A stretch of DNA of 64,000 nt from an uncultured virus (IMG/VR IMGVR_UViG_3300029448_000020) (IMGVR_UViG_3300029448_000020:1-64000); one strand, 5' to 3'; counted from the first letter of the stretch, positions 39,597-50,768 are shown. Notes: a model not told the origin generated them from the letters alone. Program-made: numbers and translations.

Positions 39597-40439
39597 TTAG
39601 TTTAATCTTTTTTCTATATTTGAATATATTTCCATACCTTCGTCGGTTTTAAACCAAGCAGCTAACGCTGAATATGGATGCTCATCAAATGGAACTGTCA
39701 TTATTTTTCTATTAGTAGAACTCCATAAAAAGTATCTTTGATCATTAGATAATTTAATTACTCCAGCTTCAACAGCTTTTATACCAAAATTTCTAAGTTG
39801 AACATTATCGTCTGTAGTTAACTCTATAAATAATCTAGGGTTTGATCTAGCAAATAATAGTAAATCTCTTTTAAGTTCTTTAGAACTCATCTTAGATACC
39901 TCAGATCCCTTTTCTACTCTCATAATAGCTTCAGCCATATCAATGTCCATATCCTTAGCTATACCTAAAGCCGTAACTTCAAACTCTAACCAATCTAATT
40001 GATTTTCAGCAATCTTAACTGGATTATGCTCGTAGAACAACTTGCCCATATGTGGGTGGTATAATGATAAAAACTTTTGTAGAGTAACTTTTTCTTTAGG
40101 AACATATAATGCTCCACTTCTAAAAACAATATGTTCTTGCCTTTGATCCCCTTTCATTTCGTCAACAAAAACAGTTCTTTGATTTTGACAGTATTTTATT
40201 TCTCTTTCATAACCAGCCTCTTCATCAAACCAAAATAAATTTGCACTTCTGATTGAATATGATAAAGGTTTTCTCTTACTTTTCAAATAATAAACTCTAT
40301 CTTTTATTTCCCATTTAGGTTTTAGTTCAGTTTTAACTTCTTTTTTTATCTTAGGAGTTTCAACTACCGGCTCTTCCATAACAACCGTTTCTTCAACTAC
40401 AGGTTCTTCAACCTTAGTTTCTTTATTTTTCTTTGCCAT
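39597..40439 (-). CDS. conserved protein downstream of the major capsid gene
   Basis: 280 aa with a charged N-terminal extension; position. Confidence 0.55.
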   Translation of the reverse strand: MAKKNKETKVEEPVVEETVVMEEPVVETPKIKKEVKTELKPKWEIKDRVYYLKSKRKPLSYSIRSANLFWFDEEAGYEREIKYCQNQRTVFVDEMKGDQRQEHIVFRSGALYVPKEKVTLQKFLSLYHPHMGKLFYEHNPVKIAENQLDWLEFEVTALGIAKDMDIDMAEAIMRVEKGSEVSKMSSKELKRDLLLFARSNPRLFIELTTDDNVQLRNFGIKAVEAGVIKLSNDQRYFLWSSTNRKIMTVPFDEHPYSALAAWFKTDEGMEIYSNIEKRLN

Positions 40440-40460
40440 AATATAATATATAATATAATT

Positions 40461-40497
40461 AATAAAAATATAAGGGCGATACTAGACCGCCCTTATA
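40461..40497 (-). terminator. terminator-like hairpin after the major capsid gene
   Basis: TATAAGGGCG...CGCCCTTATA stem then a T-rich tract on the minus strand. Confidence 0.7.
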
Positions 40498-40508
40498 AAT
40501 AAATAGTC

Positions 40509-42029
40509 TTACTTCATTAACATAAAGTTGTTTGCACCTTGTGTGATTAAACATCTTTCTGATAAGAAATGTACTGACATTGCATCAAGCGCTGATGTAG
40601 CAGCTCCAACTGAACCAGTAACCCAAGATTTCATCTTTCGGTCATCAGTTTGAGAAGCTCTATATCTAACGTGTAAGAATGGTCGCTTCATGTTTGAACC
40701 AACTTGTTGGTCATAAACAGTAGACATACCAGCTGGTATCATAACACCTCTGATTGCATTTGCACCAGCAGCATCATTAATTCCACCTCTTGTAGCTTTG
40801 TCATTTAAGTATCTGAAGTCAGATTTATAGAAGTCATAAGAACCTCTTCTAAATCCTGAGAAACCTAAATTTAATGCCATATTCTCGTCGTTGTCAAATA
40901 CTCCGTAAGAAGTACCTCCAGCTCCGTAAGAATTCATTGAAGCAAGCATGTCATCGATAGCTAAACTAGTAGCACGATTAACAAACATCATGTATTCTTC
41001 AATAGCACCTTGTTTGTCAAACTCAGCTAATATAGCATCGAATTCAGCTAAATCAGTAGCAGCGTTAACACCAGTTACACCAGAAGTAACATTACCTCTT
41101 GAAGTAATAGCAGCAAATAAACCTTCTGTACCAACTCTATTAGCACCACCAGCAGAAGAACCTGCTAATATAGTAGCACCATCAAGTAATGATCCAGCTT
41201 CGTTTAATTCACCTTCTAACATTGCCATTTCAACGTGATCAGTAAATCTTAGTCTAGTTTCAGATTCAGCTTTTAAATACCAAAGATATCCAGAAGTACC
41301 ATCTTCAGCTGAAACTTCAACCCAACCAATTCTAGATGCATCAGATCCTGATACTTCGTAGTAATCTTTCATTATAATTGGTTTGTTACTAAAGCTTTTG
41401 AACGATGGTTCATTACCTCCTCTTTGCTCAGTAGTATTAGTAGTACCAGCATCAGCTACATAACTCATACCTTTACCATACTCAGAACCAATAACTAATA
41501 AAGTACTTTCCTTTGAACCTGTAGCAGCTGGTACAGCACCAGAAGCTTCAGCTGTATAAGGAACTACATCTAAAACAGCGCCAGCTACAACTGTTACTAA
41601 ACATTTGTAAACTCCAGCTGAGTTAGCTATAATAACCATATCGTTAACTCTAACACCGTGATTTGCAGCTGTCATACTTGTCTGATCGATGTCATCTTCA
41701 ATTGTAAACTGTGAAACGTTAGCTGTACCACCGTCACCAGTAGCTGCACCCGCTGTAGCAGAGTTTACGTTACCTACATAAGATAGATGTAATCTACCTT
41801 GTTCTGACCAAATGACCTGATCTGCGGTCATAGCCTCTTCTGCGCCGACTTGTGCTAAGAAACCAGAAATTGTTCTAGGTCCGAAAACCTCAGCTTCTTG
41901 CTCCATTAAGTCTGGCACGTATTGTTGTCCCCATCCACTTGTGGACGAAAGATCTAAATAGTTTGATGATAATGCTTGTTGCACTGGTGCAGGCACACTA
42001 TTCAAACTACCTCCTGCAGTAATTGCCAT
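40509..42029 (-). CDS. major capsid protein
   Basis: WSEQGRLH, GYLWYLK, LNLGFSGFRRGSYDFYK, FLHVRYR; follows portal and scaffold and precedes a terminator. Confidence 0.8.
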   Translation of the reverse strand: MAITAGGSLNSVPAPVQQALSSNYLDLSSTSGWGQQYVPDLMEQEAEVFGPRTISGFLAQVGAEEAMTADQVIWSEQGRLHLSYVGNVNSATAGAATGDGGTANVSQFTIEDDIDQTSMTAANHGVRVNDMVIIANSAGVYKCLVTVVAGAVLDVVPYTAEASGAVPAATGSKESTLLVIGSEYGKGMSYVADAGTTNTTEQRGGNEPSFKSFSNKPIIMKDYYEVSGSDASRIGWVEVSAEDGTSGYLWYLKAESETRLRFTDHVEMAMLEGELNEAGSLLDGATILAGSSAGGANRVGTEGLFAAITSRGNVTSGVTGVNAATDLAEFDAILAEFDKQGAIEEYMMFVNRATSLAIDDMLASMNSYGAGGTSYGVFDNDENMALNLGFSGFRRGSYDFYKSDFRYLNDKATRGGINDAAGANAIRGVMIPAGMSTVYDQQVGSNMKRPFLHVRYRASQTDDRKMKSWVTGSVGAATSALDAMSVHFLSERCLITQGANNFMLMK

Positions 42030-42052
42030 AATAATTAATTTTTAAATTGTTT

Positions 42053-43219
42053 TTAATTCTTTTTTTTAATCTTAAAGGATCTGTTTTTTAAATCAGCAGA
42101 AGATTGACCTAACACCCTAACTTTTAAACCACCAGCATTTATTTCACCGTGAGTTTGTCTAGGATTAAGATCAATATTTTTATCTTTAGCAATAGATTCT
42201 TTTATTGCATCAGCTTTTCCTTGTTCGTAGAAATGCTTAGCGATAGTATCAGCATTCATTGCTGTAAATAAAGATTTGTGATATCCTTCAGCATCATCAA
42301 TAGTTGCTTTGTCTTCACCAACAAACTTGTTGATAAAATTATTAATATCACCTTGCGTGTTTTTTACTTCATCAACATCTTTAACATTAAACCTAAATTT
42401 TTTGTCTCCAACTTCGTAATCAAAACCTTTGAATTCTTTATTGAAAACTTTGTCAGTTTTTTGTAAAAATGATTTTTTAGTAGTTTCACTTAATCTGCGT
42501 TGTTCTTCAGATTCCTTTTTGTATCTATTAAAGAAGTTTACAGCTTTTTGTTGATCTTCTGTCAATCTACTTCCAGCTTTAATTTCTTCATAGTATTTAG
42601 ACTTTTGCCTGTCCAAGTGGGCTCTAGCCTCGGCAACTTGCTCTTTGAGGGCTATTCTTTTTCTCTTAATGTCTTTAGGATCGTCTTCCTCTTCATCATA
42701 ACCAAATGATTCTTGTAATAAAAATCCTCTTTCTTCTGGTGTTAGATGAGATTTAGTTTTACGATAATATTCATCAAGTACATCAGAGTCATCCATTTTA
42801 GATAAATCTCTGTTTAATTCTACGTAGTCTCTTAAATCACCACCTGTTTCTTCCATGAAACTTATAAGTTTTTCAACCTTTTCAGGTAATGGCCTTCCAG
42901 TTTGTTGAGCTTCAACAATAGCTTCTTGAACTTCTTCTTCAACTTTAACTACCTCTTCGTTTGTAACATCTTGTACAACTGGTACTTCTTCTTGCTCAAC
43001 AACTTTTTCTTTGACTTCTGGTTCAGCATTGACTACGACCACCTCTTCTTCGACGGGTTTTTCTTCTACCTTTTCGTCTGTTACTGGTGGTTTTGATAAA
43101 TCAACTTTTGTAATAGTTTCTTTTGGTTTTTGCATTTTAACCTTAGTTATATTACTCTTTTTTTCGTTTTTAGTCTCTTCGACTTTTGGTTCTTCAACCT
43201 TGTTTTCTTTTTTTGCCAT
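42053..43219 (-). CDS. capsid scaffolding-like protein
   Basis: Acidic low-complexity N-terminus and coiled coil; between portal and capsid. Confidence 0.65.
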   Translation of the reverse strand: MAKKENKVEEPKVEETKNEKKSNITKVKMQKPKETITKVDLSKPPVTDEKVEEKPVEEEVVVVNAEPEVKEKVVEQEEVPVVQDVTNEEVVKVEEEVQEAIVEAQQTGRPLPEKVEKLISFMEETGGDLRDYVELNRDLSKMDDSDVLDEYYRKTKSHLTPEERGFLLQESFGYDEEEDDPKDIKRKRIALKEQVAEARAHLDRQKSKYYEEIKAGSRLTEDQQKAVNFFNRYKKESEEQRRLSETTKKSFLQKTDKVFNKEFKGFDYEVGDKKFRFNVKDVDEVKNTQGDINNFINKFVGEDKATIDDAEGYHKSLFTAMNADTIAKHFYEQGKADAIKESIAKDKNIDLNPRQTHGEINAGGLKVRVLGQSSADLKNRSFKIKKKN

Positions 43220-43245
43220 AATAAAATTTTATAAAATATTAAATG

Positions 43246-45648
43246 TTAACGAGGACCAAACTGGCCTAATCCACCTGACCCTCCTGTAATTATATCATTA
43301 CCTGATGATTCAAAACCTTTAACGGAATCACCTGATTTTCTTTGCTCTACCATTCTACTTTGATGAACAGCTTGTCTATCTACTCTTTCGTCTTTTCTAT
43401 CTTCTCTTGTAGATTCCATTCTTGAAGCTATTTCTTGTTCTTGGTTTTTTATCTTAGTATTTAATTCAAACTCCAACATCATTAATTCTTTTTTAACTAT
43501 TGCTTCTTGATTTAAGAATTTAATTTTTAAAGAATTTCTTGTTCTTTCTAGGTTTTCTTCACTTTGAGCTTTTGCTTGATTTTTTTCAATTTCAACCTTA
43601 GCCGCTTCCTGTGCTGCCATTTGTGTTTGTTGACCTTGCATTTGCATGTTTTGTGCTGCAATAGCTTGATCTCTTTCCATCTTCTTTTTTCTTTTCAACT
43701 TCAGTAGTTGATTTGCTAACTTAACGTTTTTAACTTCACGTAAATCGATTGCATCATCTAAATCAATCATTTTTTGAGCTAAAGCTTGCTGTATATTATT
43801 TTCAAGAACTTGTTTTTGTTCATCATCTGGTTGAAGTTCTATAAATATACCAAAGTCATAAAGATGTAATTCACTTATTTCTTCAAGCGTTGCTACATTA
43901 TGTGATCCAATAGCTTGTATAAATGCTTTCTTTGTTGGAGAGTATTCTATTATGTCAGCTACTCTTAACGATAAACATTCTGATGCTTCAGCAGTTAAAT
44001 ATAACATAGAGTTTAATATATGTCTTGTTGCTGTATTAGAATTTGCAGCTGCTAATTTTTGTACACCAACTAAAGCTCTTTCATCTGGAACACTAGCATC
44101 TCTAGCTTCATTTAATCCTGTCACATCTCTTATCATTTGTAAATAATAATTATATGTTTGGATTAGAGCTTGAAGCTTACCACCACCAACACCGTTTTGT
44201 ATTTGTTGAATAGGTACTTTTCCTGGATTAGGATCTCCTTCTGTTGTTAAGCTTCTACCAATAACAGAACCAGTTTGGAAAAACATGTTAAGTGCTTCTT
44301 GTGGATTATAGTTTGTTCCATTACCTAAATCAACCTCTGCTAATCCATCTGCATCAAGATATACACCATCTGGTACCATTCTTGCCATTACTTGTTGCAG
44401 TTTTAAGTGAGTTAACTGAATCATGTCAGCAAAACCGGTTATTCTACCAACTAGTGACTGTATTTTACCATCGTACATTCTAGGTGCTACAATTTGGTAA
44501 TTCATTTTAACTCTACTAAAATCAGAATCGGATCTCATCATGTTTGGCATCATTCTCCATTTTAATAATTTGTCTGCACCAAGAATATAAACACCTTCGA
44601 ATAAAACTTCAACAACTCTTTCTAATTTTTCAAAGTTTCCTTCTTGTTGTTTTTCTTCTGGAGGATTAAAGTTTTCATCTTTTTCAATAACTTTTTCAGT
44701 ACCACCAAGTGTCTTTTTTAACTTATATACATTATTAGAATGTGTTTTATAGTTAAAATACAAAACATTAACTTTGTTTTTATCTCTATGTGGAGTGTGC
44801 TTTAGTGGATCTCTAGATTTATCTACAATTTCTTTTATATCTTCTTCAGTTAAATCTCTAAACTCTTTAACTAGTTCATTAATAGGTATTTCTTTTACCT
44901 CGCCAACATAATATATGTCTTCAAAATAAGGTGAATCAGTATGAGAATAAACTAAGTTTGCTGGATCAACATATTTTACTTTAGCACCATCGCTAAAATC
45001 AAAGGTTGTTTTAGTTGCTCCAATACCTATAGTACATATATCATATATAGCTCTTCTTCTTATTAATTCATAATCGCTACCTTCTAATAAAACATTTATT
45101 GCTTGTTCTTCTGCTAGTTCAACAGCTTGTTTGTAGCTAAGCTGCATGTGAAGTTTTAATTCTTCTTCTGTATCTGGTAATTTAGTAGGATCAGTTTCAT
45201 AAAGATCTACGTTAAACTGAGCTTTAGCTAATTCATTAAACTCTTTAGCTCTCATATCTCTTAATATGGTTTCCATGTATTCAGTTCGCTTGTTAATACC
45301 ATATTGATCTTGTGCATAGCATTTAACATCAAATGTTCTTTGTGCCATTCCATTTACAACAATATCAACAAACTTAGATATTATTGGTACAGGCTTCCAA
45401 TCTAAATTAAGATATGATAAATCACCATTAATTGATAATTCATTTTTATATTTTTCTATAGATTGTTCTCCTCTAGCATAAAGTCTTAAGCTATGAAAAC
45501 TATCTAAGTTATTTCTAAATTTATTTCTATTTCCTGAAAACCATTCGTGCCTAATAGCTCTAGCTATTTTTAAACCATAGTCTTCACTAAGTTTTTCTAA
45601 ATCACTGACCGCTTGGGAGGGAAAATGTACAACAGACTCTGTTATCAT
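43246..45648 (-). CDS. portal protein
   Basis: 800 aa after TerL; LDWKPVPIISKFVDIVVNG, IRDVTGLNEARD, Gln-rich C-terminal coiled coil. Confidence 0.85.
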   Translation of the reverse strand: MITESVVHFPSQAVSDLEKLSEDYGLKIARAIRHEWFSGNRNKFRNNLDSFHSLRLYARGEQSIEKYKNELSINGDLSYLNLDWKPVPIISKFVDIVVNGMAQRTFDVKCYAQDQYGINKRTEYMETILRDMRAKEFNELAKAQFNVDLYETDPTKLPDTEEELKLHMQLSYKQAVELAEEQAINVLLEGSDYELIRRRAIYDICTIGIGATKTTFDFSDGAKVKYVDPANLVYSHTDSPYFEDIYYVGEVKEIPINELVKEFRDLTEEDIKEIVDKSRDPLKHTPHRDKNKVNVLYFNYKTHSNNVYKLKKTLGGTEKVIEKDENFNPPEEKQQEGNFEKLERVVEVLFEGVYILGADKLLKWRMMPNMMRSDSDFSRVKMNYQIVAPRMYDGKIQSLVGRITGFADMIQLTHLKLQQVMARMVPDGVYLDADGLAEVDLGNGTNYNPQEALNMFFQTGSVIGRSLTTEGDPNPGKVPIQQIQNGVGGGKLQALIQTYNYYLQMIRDVTGLNEARDASVPDERALVGVQKLAAANSNTATRHILNSMLYLTAEASECLSLRVADIIEYSPTKKAFIQAIGSHNVATLEEISELHLYDFGIFIELQPDDEQKQVLENNIQQALAQKMIDLDDAIDLREVKNVKLANQLLKLKRKKKMERDQAIAAQNMQMQGQQTQMAAQEAAKVEIEKNQAKAQSEENLERTRNSLKIKFLNQEAIVKKELMMLEFELNTKIKNQEQEIASRMESTREDRKDERVDRQAVHQSRMVEQRKSGDSVKGFESSGNDIITGGSGGLGQFGPR

Positions 45649-47879
45649 ATTTTTTGTTTTATTATTGTTGATTGAAATCCTTTGTTATTATATTTTGCTA
45701 TATTAAGATTTACCACCTTTTTTGTTCTATCTGGATTTGGTTTGTACAAATGTCTATTACAAGCCATTATAGCTAATCCAGAACTTATAGAGGCATCATG
45801 CTTTGTTCTTTTTGTTATATCAAATTTAGACCAATCGTTTAATGTTTCGTTAAAATACATTGCGCCATAATTACCTTCTTCTATCATTCCAACGTGGTCA
45901 TTTATATATGTTTCAATAGCAGCAGCGTGCGCTTGCTTAATATCTTCACTTGAGTTTGGTATTCCACCAATTTCTCTTTCTGCAACTGAAAGCTTGTTTA
46001 AAGCTTTATCTGGTCTATTCATACTAAATGCTCTATAACCTCTTCTACGTAAATAGTACAATAACCTTGGTTTATTATTCTCTGCTAATAGTGGCATACC
46101 ATAAAATACTAGTGCCATTAGTACATCTTCAAAAAATATATCAGCTGTTTGAGGTCTTGCTATATATTCTAAAAAAAAAGTGTTAGCTGGAGCATCTTCC
46201 ATTGAAAACTTAGTTAATCCGTGTAAAGCTCCTTTCGATCCAGTTCCATCAACTGTTCCTGATATATCGTATGAGTCACAGCCAAAAGCTCCTAAGTGTT
46301 CATTTCCTGGATATTTCATTCCATTTTTAATTATCACACTATTTTGTAGTTGTGATTTTGGAACCCAACTTACTTTAAATCTACCATTTGGATCTGGACT
46401 AAATATTACTCTAGTATCTTTTACTCCATTTGTCCATTGGAAGTTTCCAGTTGTTAATACAGATGAGTTTCTATTTCCTTCGTTATAATCTATTTGTTCG
46501 TATATCTTTACTAAATTAAATAAACTATTACCTGTTTCATCTCTAAATGCATGTTCTTCACTTCTTGGAAATTGACGATAAAATTCATTTAAAGCGTCTT
46601 GGTCATCTTTTAATCCATCAGCTTCGTTATCCCAGTGATCTATAACACCGTAATCTATCTCTACTCCATGTGGATCAAATGTTTGTTTTTCTGGAGTATT
46701 GAAAACAGGTTGTCCGAATTCATCAATGAATCCTTCGTAATTCCATTCCATAGGAATAAACAAAGAATATAATCCCGACTTAGTTTGTCCATTTCTATTT
46801 CTCTTTGTAACATCTGAGTTATTATATAAGTTCTTAAAATTATCCCCACCTTTATCTAATGCGTTACTTGTTGATCCCATCATACACTTACCTATAATCC
46901 TACTACCTAATCGTAAACAAGTTTTTGTTACTCTCCAGTTGTTTTTTATATTATCAGGTCTTTCCCATTTACCACTTTCATCATGAACTAGTAAATTTAA
47001 CTTTTCACCGTCATAACTATTATCACCTGTATTTTTCCAGTCAATAGTTGTATCAAGACCCTCCATATCATCTTGTTCCTCACGTTCCCTCATTTTTTTA
47101 CGAGTAAACTTTTTTGCTGGTACTCTATATGCTAGTTCAGACTTTGGACGATCCATACCGTCTTGTATTGGTTTAAAGAAAAATGGATAGTTTAAACTAA
47201 TAGGTACAACCTTGTCAGTAAACATCTTTTTAGCATCGGCACCTGTTTTAGATAATATACCAAATCTACTATCACTTGATATTGTAGCTTGATTAACTGT
47301 TTCAGATGAACTCATAAAAGAAAAACCAGAACGTCTATTCTTTAAATAACACATTCCATAACTTCTATTATCTGCTTTGCAAGCCTCCCAAAATATAAAG
47401 AACAATCTGTTTGCCTCTCTAAAATCTGGAGCTCCAACATCAATCTTACTCCACTGTAGATACATATAATGTGTACCTGTTAAATATGTTGATTTACCAT
47501 TATTCATAAACCAAAAACCCTCTTCTCTTCTTTTAAACTCTTCGTCTATATATCCATAATGTTTTTCTTTAAAATCATCTGGATAATCTTGCCAATCAAA
47601 TACCGTTTTAATTCTTTTAAAATCAGGGTTAGGTGGAAATTGTTTCCACTTTTGCTCTGATTGTGTATCACTACAAGAATAAACTTTATTTGGTTGTTTT
47701 GGTAAAGCTATTTGAAAACCTTGTATTTCAATAATATCACCAATCATTCCTGTTTTAGATATTACAACAATATCGTTTTCTTTGTTATAACCATACTCCC
47801 ACTTTTTAGACTTGTTAAGTCTTTTTATAGTGTTTTCTTTTATAGGATTTACAATCTTATATAGTGTTTGTTTATACAT
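45645..47879 (-). CDS. terL: terminase large subunit
   Basis: LKNRRSGFS Walker A, LVHDESGKW Walker B, MGST, GCDSYD nuclease, AENNK. Confidence 0.9.
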   Translation of the reverse strand: MYKQTLYKIVNPIKENTIKRLNKSKKWEYGYNKENDIVVISKTGMIGDIIEIQGFQIALPKQPNKVYSCSDTQSEQKWKQFPPNPDFKRIKTVFDWQDYPDDFKEKHYGYIDEEFKRREEGFWFMNNGKSTYLTGTHYMYLQWSKIDVGAPDFREANRLFFIFWEACKADNRSYGMCYLKNRRSGFSFMSSSETVNQATISSDSRFGILSKTGADAKKMFTDKVVPISLNYPFFFKPIQDGMDRPKSELAYRVPAKKFTRKKMREREEQDDMEGLDTTIDWKNTGDNSYDGEKLNLLVHDESGKWERPDNIKNNWRVTKTCLRLGSRIIGKCMMGSTSNALDKGGDNFKNLYNNSDVTKRNRNGQTKSGLYSLFIPMEWNYEGFIDEFGQPVFNTPEKQTFDPHGVEIDYGVIDHWDNEADGLKDDQDALNEFYRQFPRSEEHAFRDETGNSLFNLVKIYEQIDYNEGNRNSSVLTTGNFQWTNGVKDTRVIFSPDPNGRFKVSWVPKSQLQNSVIIKNGMKYPGNEHLGAFGCDSYDISGTVDGTGSKGALHGLTKFSMEDAPANTFFLEYIARPQTADIFFEDVLMALVFYGMPLLAENNKPRLLYYLRRRGYRAFSMNRPDKALNKLSVAEREIGGIPNSSEDIKQAHAAAIETYINDHVGMIEEGNYGAMYFNETLNDWSKFDITKRTKHDASISSGLAIMACNRHLYKPNPDRTKKVVNLNIAKYNNKGFQSTIIKQKI

Positions 47880-48154
47880 TATTTAGATCTTCCTTCTGCG
47901 AATCCTTTAAAAGCTGTTTTCTTTTCTTCTTCTATAGGTTTTCCTTCTAACATTGCTTCTTCTTCGTGGATTCTGTTTAATATTTCAAAAGCATCGAATA
48001 TAGCTAGTTTCTTTGTAGCTGCAGCATTCTTTAATCTATCTGCTGATATATCTTCGTCTGAATCAACTATTTCTTCTCTAGCAACTTTAATTAGCTCTTC
48101 AACTGCTTTGTGCCCAGCTTGGATTATATTCTTCTTCGTTTCCTTGATATTCAT
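47879..48154 (-). CDS. probable terminase small subunit
   Basis: Small helical ORF directly upstream of TerL, ending GFAEGRSK. Confidence 0.55.
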   Translation of the reverse strand: MNIKETKKNIIQAGHKAVEELIKVAREEIVDSDEDISADRLKNAAATKKLAIFDAFEILNRIHEEEAMLEGKPIEEEKKTAFKGFAEGRSK

Positions 48155-48686
48155 ATTTAATTGTAATAAATTTATTTAAAACCCTATATAATCTTTCTCC
48201 ATTAATAACGAACTCATATTCACTACTTGGATTAAAACCGATTAATTCTTCTTTTTTAAAAGTTCCATCAGAATATTTAATTACTCCAACTAATGGTCTT
48301 TCTTCATCTGCATTAAATTTACTTACAGACTTAATGGGTTTTACAAAACTATAACCAGGTGTAGCAATCCAATTGTTTCTTTTGTATAAATATATTTGAT
48401 CTGATGATATTATATACTTATCTTCTTTCCAATAAGATCTACTATTTTTTTCAACACCTTTCATATTTAGCCATCTTCTAAATATGTTGTGGTGTACTAT
48501 TACCTCATCACCCACGTTAATAGGTGATTGAAATAATAGTGGAGTAGCGATTACTTTTGCTTTTCTATTTACGTATTGATGATTAAATATTTCTGTATTA
48601 AGCACTAGTTCTTTATCACCAACTTTTTTAGAATTATTATAACGTTTACCAATAGGCGACACTATAAACTCTTTGTAAGCTTTCAT
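48099..48686 (-). CDS. GroES-like fold protein (possibly tandem domains)
   Basis: AKVIATP..INVGDEVIV and YSFVKP..GVIKY..EFVINGERLYRV patterns. Confidence 0.45.
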   Translation of the reverse strand: MKAYKEFIVSPIGKRYNNSKKVGDKELVLNTEIFNHQYVNRKAKVIATPLLFQSPINVGDEVIVHHNIFRRWLNMKGVEKNSRSYWKEDKYIISSDQIYLYKRNNWIATPGYSFVKPIKSVSKFNADEERPLVGVIKYSDGTFKKEELIGFNPSSEYEFVINGERLYRVLNKFITIKYEYQGNEEEYNPSWAQSS

Positions 48687-48916
48687 TAGTATTCTAAATT
48701 ATACTCAATAGATATAGCCATATTTTTATTAAAATCTTTCCAAGGTATAACTATATCACCTTTTCTAATATAAATACAGTATTTGTCTTCTTCTTCTACT
48801 ATATCACAGATTTTATGACCTCCATACACTTCCTGTCCAACAGAGTAGTGCATGGAATCATTTTTGTAATCTTTACCTATAGTAATTTTTCTGATGATAT
48901 TATTTTTCATCTTCAT
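48686..48916 (-). CDS. hypothetical protein
   Basis: IRKITIGKDYKNDSMHYSVGQ; operon fit. Confidence 0.65.
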   Translation of the reverse strand: MKMKNNIIRKITIGKDYKNDSMHYSVGQEVYGGHKICDIVEEEDKYCIYIRKGDIVIPWKDFNKNMAISIEYNLEY

Positions 48917-49184
48917 TTTCTTTAGGCCAATTTATAGTTCCGTCAGTTAAGTTTATATCATAACTACCATACTCCTTTACCATCTTATCTTGAACCATTG
49001 ATATAGTATCGTTGCCTAAAGCCAGTTCGTGTAGAAGTTTATGTTTTTGAGATTCTAATCTACCAATATTAAATTGCAAAGCGTTAATTTTGTTTGCTAT
49101 TGCTAACATTTCATCTAAGTGTTCTTTTGAAACCTTTTCTTTTCTTTCTACTACGTCTAATATTTTTTCTTTTGTTTTTGCCAT
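48900..49184 (-). CDS. coiled-coil hypothetical protein
   Basis: Ends YGSYDINLTDG; operon fit. Confidence 0.6.
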   Translation of the reverse strand: MAKTKEKILDVVERKEKVSKEHLDEMLAIANKINALQFNIGRLESQKHKLLHELALGNDTISMVQDKMVKEYGSYDINLTDGTINWPKENEDEK

Positions 49185-49213
49185 TGTATTTAATTTTATT
49201 TAATTATATTTAT

Positions 49214-49564
49214 TTATCTACATAGTGTTCTAGCTGTAATAACGCCAGCACTATTTACTTGTATGTTAAAGTATGTTACTACGCCATCGAATATTCTATA
49301 ATGGCCAGCAGTAAATGTATTTGGGTTTCTAGCTCGCTTTGATTTATACATTATATCATTAACAGCTGGTACCGAGGCACCTCCGTTATAATAATAAGTT
49401 ATATTAGTTGCAGGCGCACTTCTACAAGTATCACTTGCAGCTTGAACTGATCCTGCTATAGAACGGTAGTCTTTTGCAGCTACAACTTCTTTACGTCTTT
49501 TTACTAATACAGGTTTATTCTTACCTCTAGATTGAACAGATGAGTTTGCGTTACCTAGTGCCAT
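49214..49564 (-). CDS. hypothetical (possibly virion) protein, likely start MALGNAN
   Basis: ATG at 49564 abuts the upstream stop. Confidence 0.55.
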   Translation of the reverse strand: MALGNANSSVQSRGKNKPVLVKRRKEVVAAKDYRSIAGSVQAASDTCRSAPATNITYYYNGGASVPAVNDIMYKSKRARNPNTFTAGHYRIFDGVVTYFNIQVNSAGVITARTLCR

Positions 49565-49899
49565 TAGTACCCGAAATAAAATATTACACCTCCTGCAGTT
49601 GAAGCTGGTGGAGTAAAACTGTCCCATCTACCATATATTGTTAAACCCGCTGGAAACGATGTAGCTGAATCTGTTTCAGCCGCTCCACCACCATTACCAG
49701 CTACAGCAGTAGTATGACTAAAATAAGAACTATTAGGATCATCTGTTGATGCTACTAATGTACTTAATACTGTGGCTTCTAAAAAGGTTATAGCTACTAT
49801 TTTTTTCCCAGTTGGAGGTGTTACCTCTACAGCTTCGTCACTAAAACCACTACCTAATTGCCCAAAGTTCCAGGCGGTTGCCGTTGAATTTATTCCCAT
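49564..49899 (-). CDS. small beta-rich, possibly capsid-decoration protein
   Basis: FPAGLTIYGRW motif, Ala/Thr/Gly-rich. Confidence 0.55.
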   Translation of the reverse strand: MGINSTATAWNFGQLGSGFSDEAVEVTPPTGKKIVAITFLEATVLSTLVASTDDPNSSYFSHTTAVAGNGGGAAETDSATSFPAGLTIYGRWDSFTPPASTAGGVIFYFGY

Positions 49900-49911
49900 T
49901 TTATTATTTTT

Positions 49912-50328
49912 TTATTTTTGTTCTTGATTCTTTTTAGCCGATCCACCGAAAAAGAAATCGACGACCGTATTGACTTTTGCGCTCATTGCGCCAAATATTG
50001 TAGAGATAAAACTTATCTCAAATTCTCCTAAACTTATATCTCCCATCACAAATACTCTAAACATCATAAAGCTTAAACCGAAGTACGCTGCTGTAAATAA
50101 CGTTGCAAGTATTTTTTGAATAAATGCATCGTCTTTGTACATATCCCTAGCGCTCTTTCTGTCTTCGACTTCTTTTGCAAAGGCTTGTTTTTCAGCGTCG
50201 AGTAGTAACCGTTTGAGAGCATGCTTCGCTTCATCTCTTTCTTGGTCTGTCGTAATAATTTGGTCAAGTATTCCTTCTGCATTTTCTACTACTTTGCCGA
50301 ATAAGCCACCTATAAATTTTCCAATCAT
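49912..50328 (-). CDS. holin-like membrane protein (3TM type)
   Basis: Amphipathic N-terminus, EVEDRKSAR, two TM segments, VVDFFFGGS. Confidence 0.65.
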   Translation of the reverse strand: MIGKFIGGLFGKVVENAEGILDQIITTDQERDEAKHALKRLLLDAEKQAFAKEVEDRKSARDMYKDDAFIQKILATLFTAAYFGLSFMMFRVFVMGDISLGEFEISFISTIFGAMSAKVNTVVDFFFGGSAKKNQEQK

Positions 50329-50765
50329 CTGTTATTGTCTTTTATCATATCATCGATAGACTTATTCATTACCTTATCGGTGTATGACTTGTTATTAAAA
50401 AACACACTCTTTTCTGAAGTAGGTATATCTTCTTCACCTAAGAGTATTCTATAAATTCTACTAATTAAGTGCGAACACTTAAAAGAGGTTTTGAATACAG
50501 AGTATTTGATGGTTGTTCTATTTCTGTGTCTCCACGTTTCTATCCAACCATTCCTCTTTAATTTTTCCCAACGGTTCTTATCCCAACTCATAGTATATGT
50601 TCCATTGATAAAATCATTTCTTGTAAAACGCCCCTTGCAATCTAGATATATTAAGAGTTCAAGGTCTGCGTCTGTTAACCCATAAGTCTTACAGGCCCAT
50701 TTTCTAACGAGCCTGTAATACTTAAGGATTTGTAAATCACGTAAATCGTGACTAGTTAATCTCAA
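50325..50765 (-). CDS. winged-helix-like DNA-binding protein
   Basis: GLTDADLELLIYL...KLKRNGWIE MarR-like pattern. Confidence 0.5.
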   Translation of the reverse strand: MRLTSHDLRDLQILKYYRLVRKWACKTYGLTDADLELLIYLDCKGRFTRNDFINGTYTMSWDKNRWEKLKRNGWIETWRHRNRTTIKYSVFKTSFKCSHLISRIYRILLGEEDIPTSEKSVFFNNKSYTDKVMNKSIDDMIKDNNR

Positions 50766-50768
50766 CTA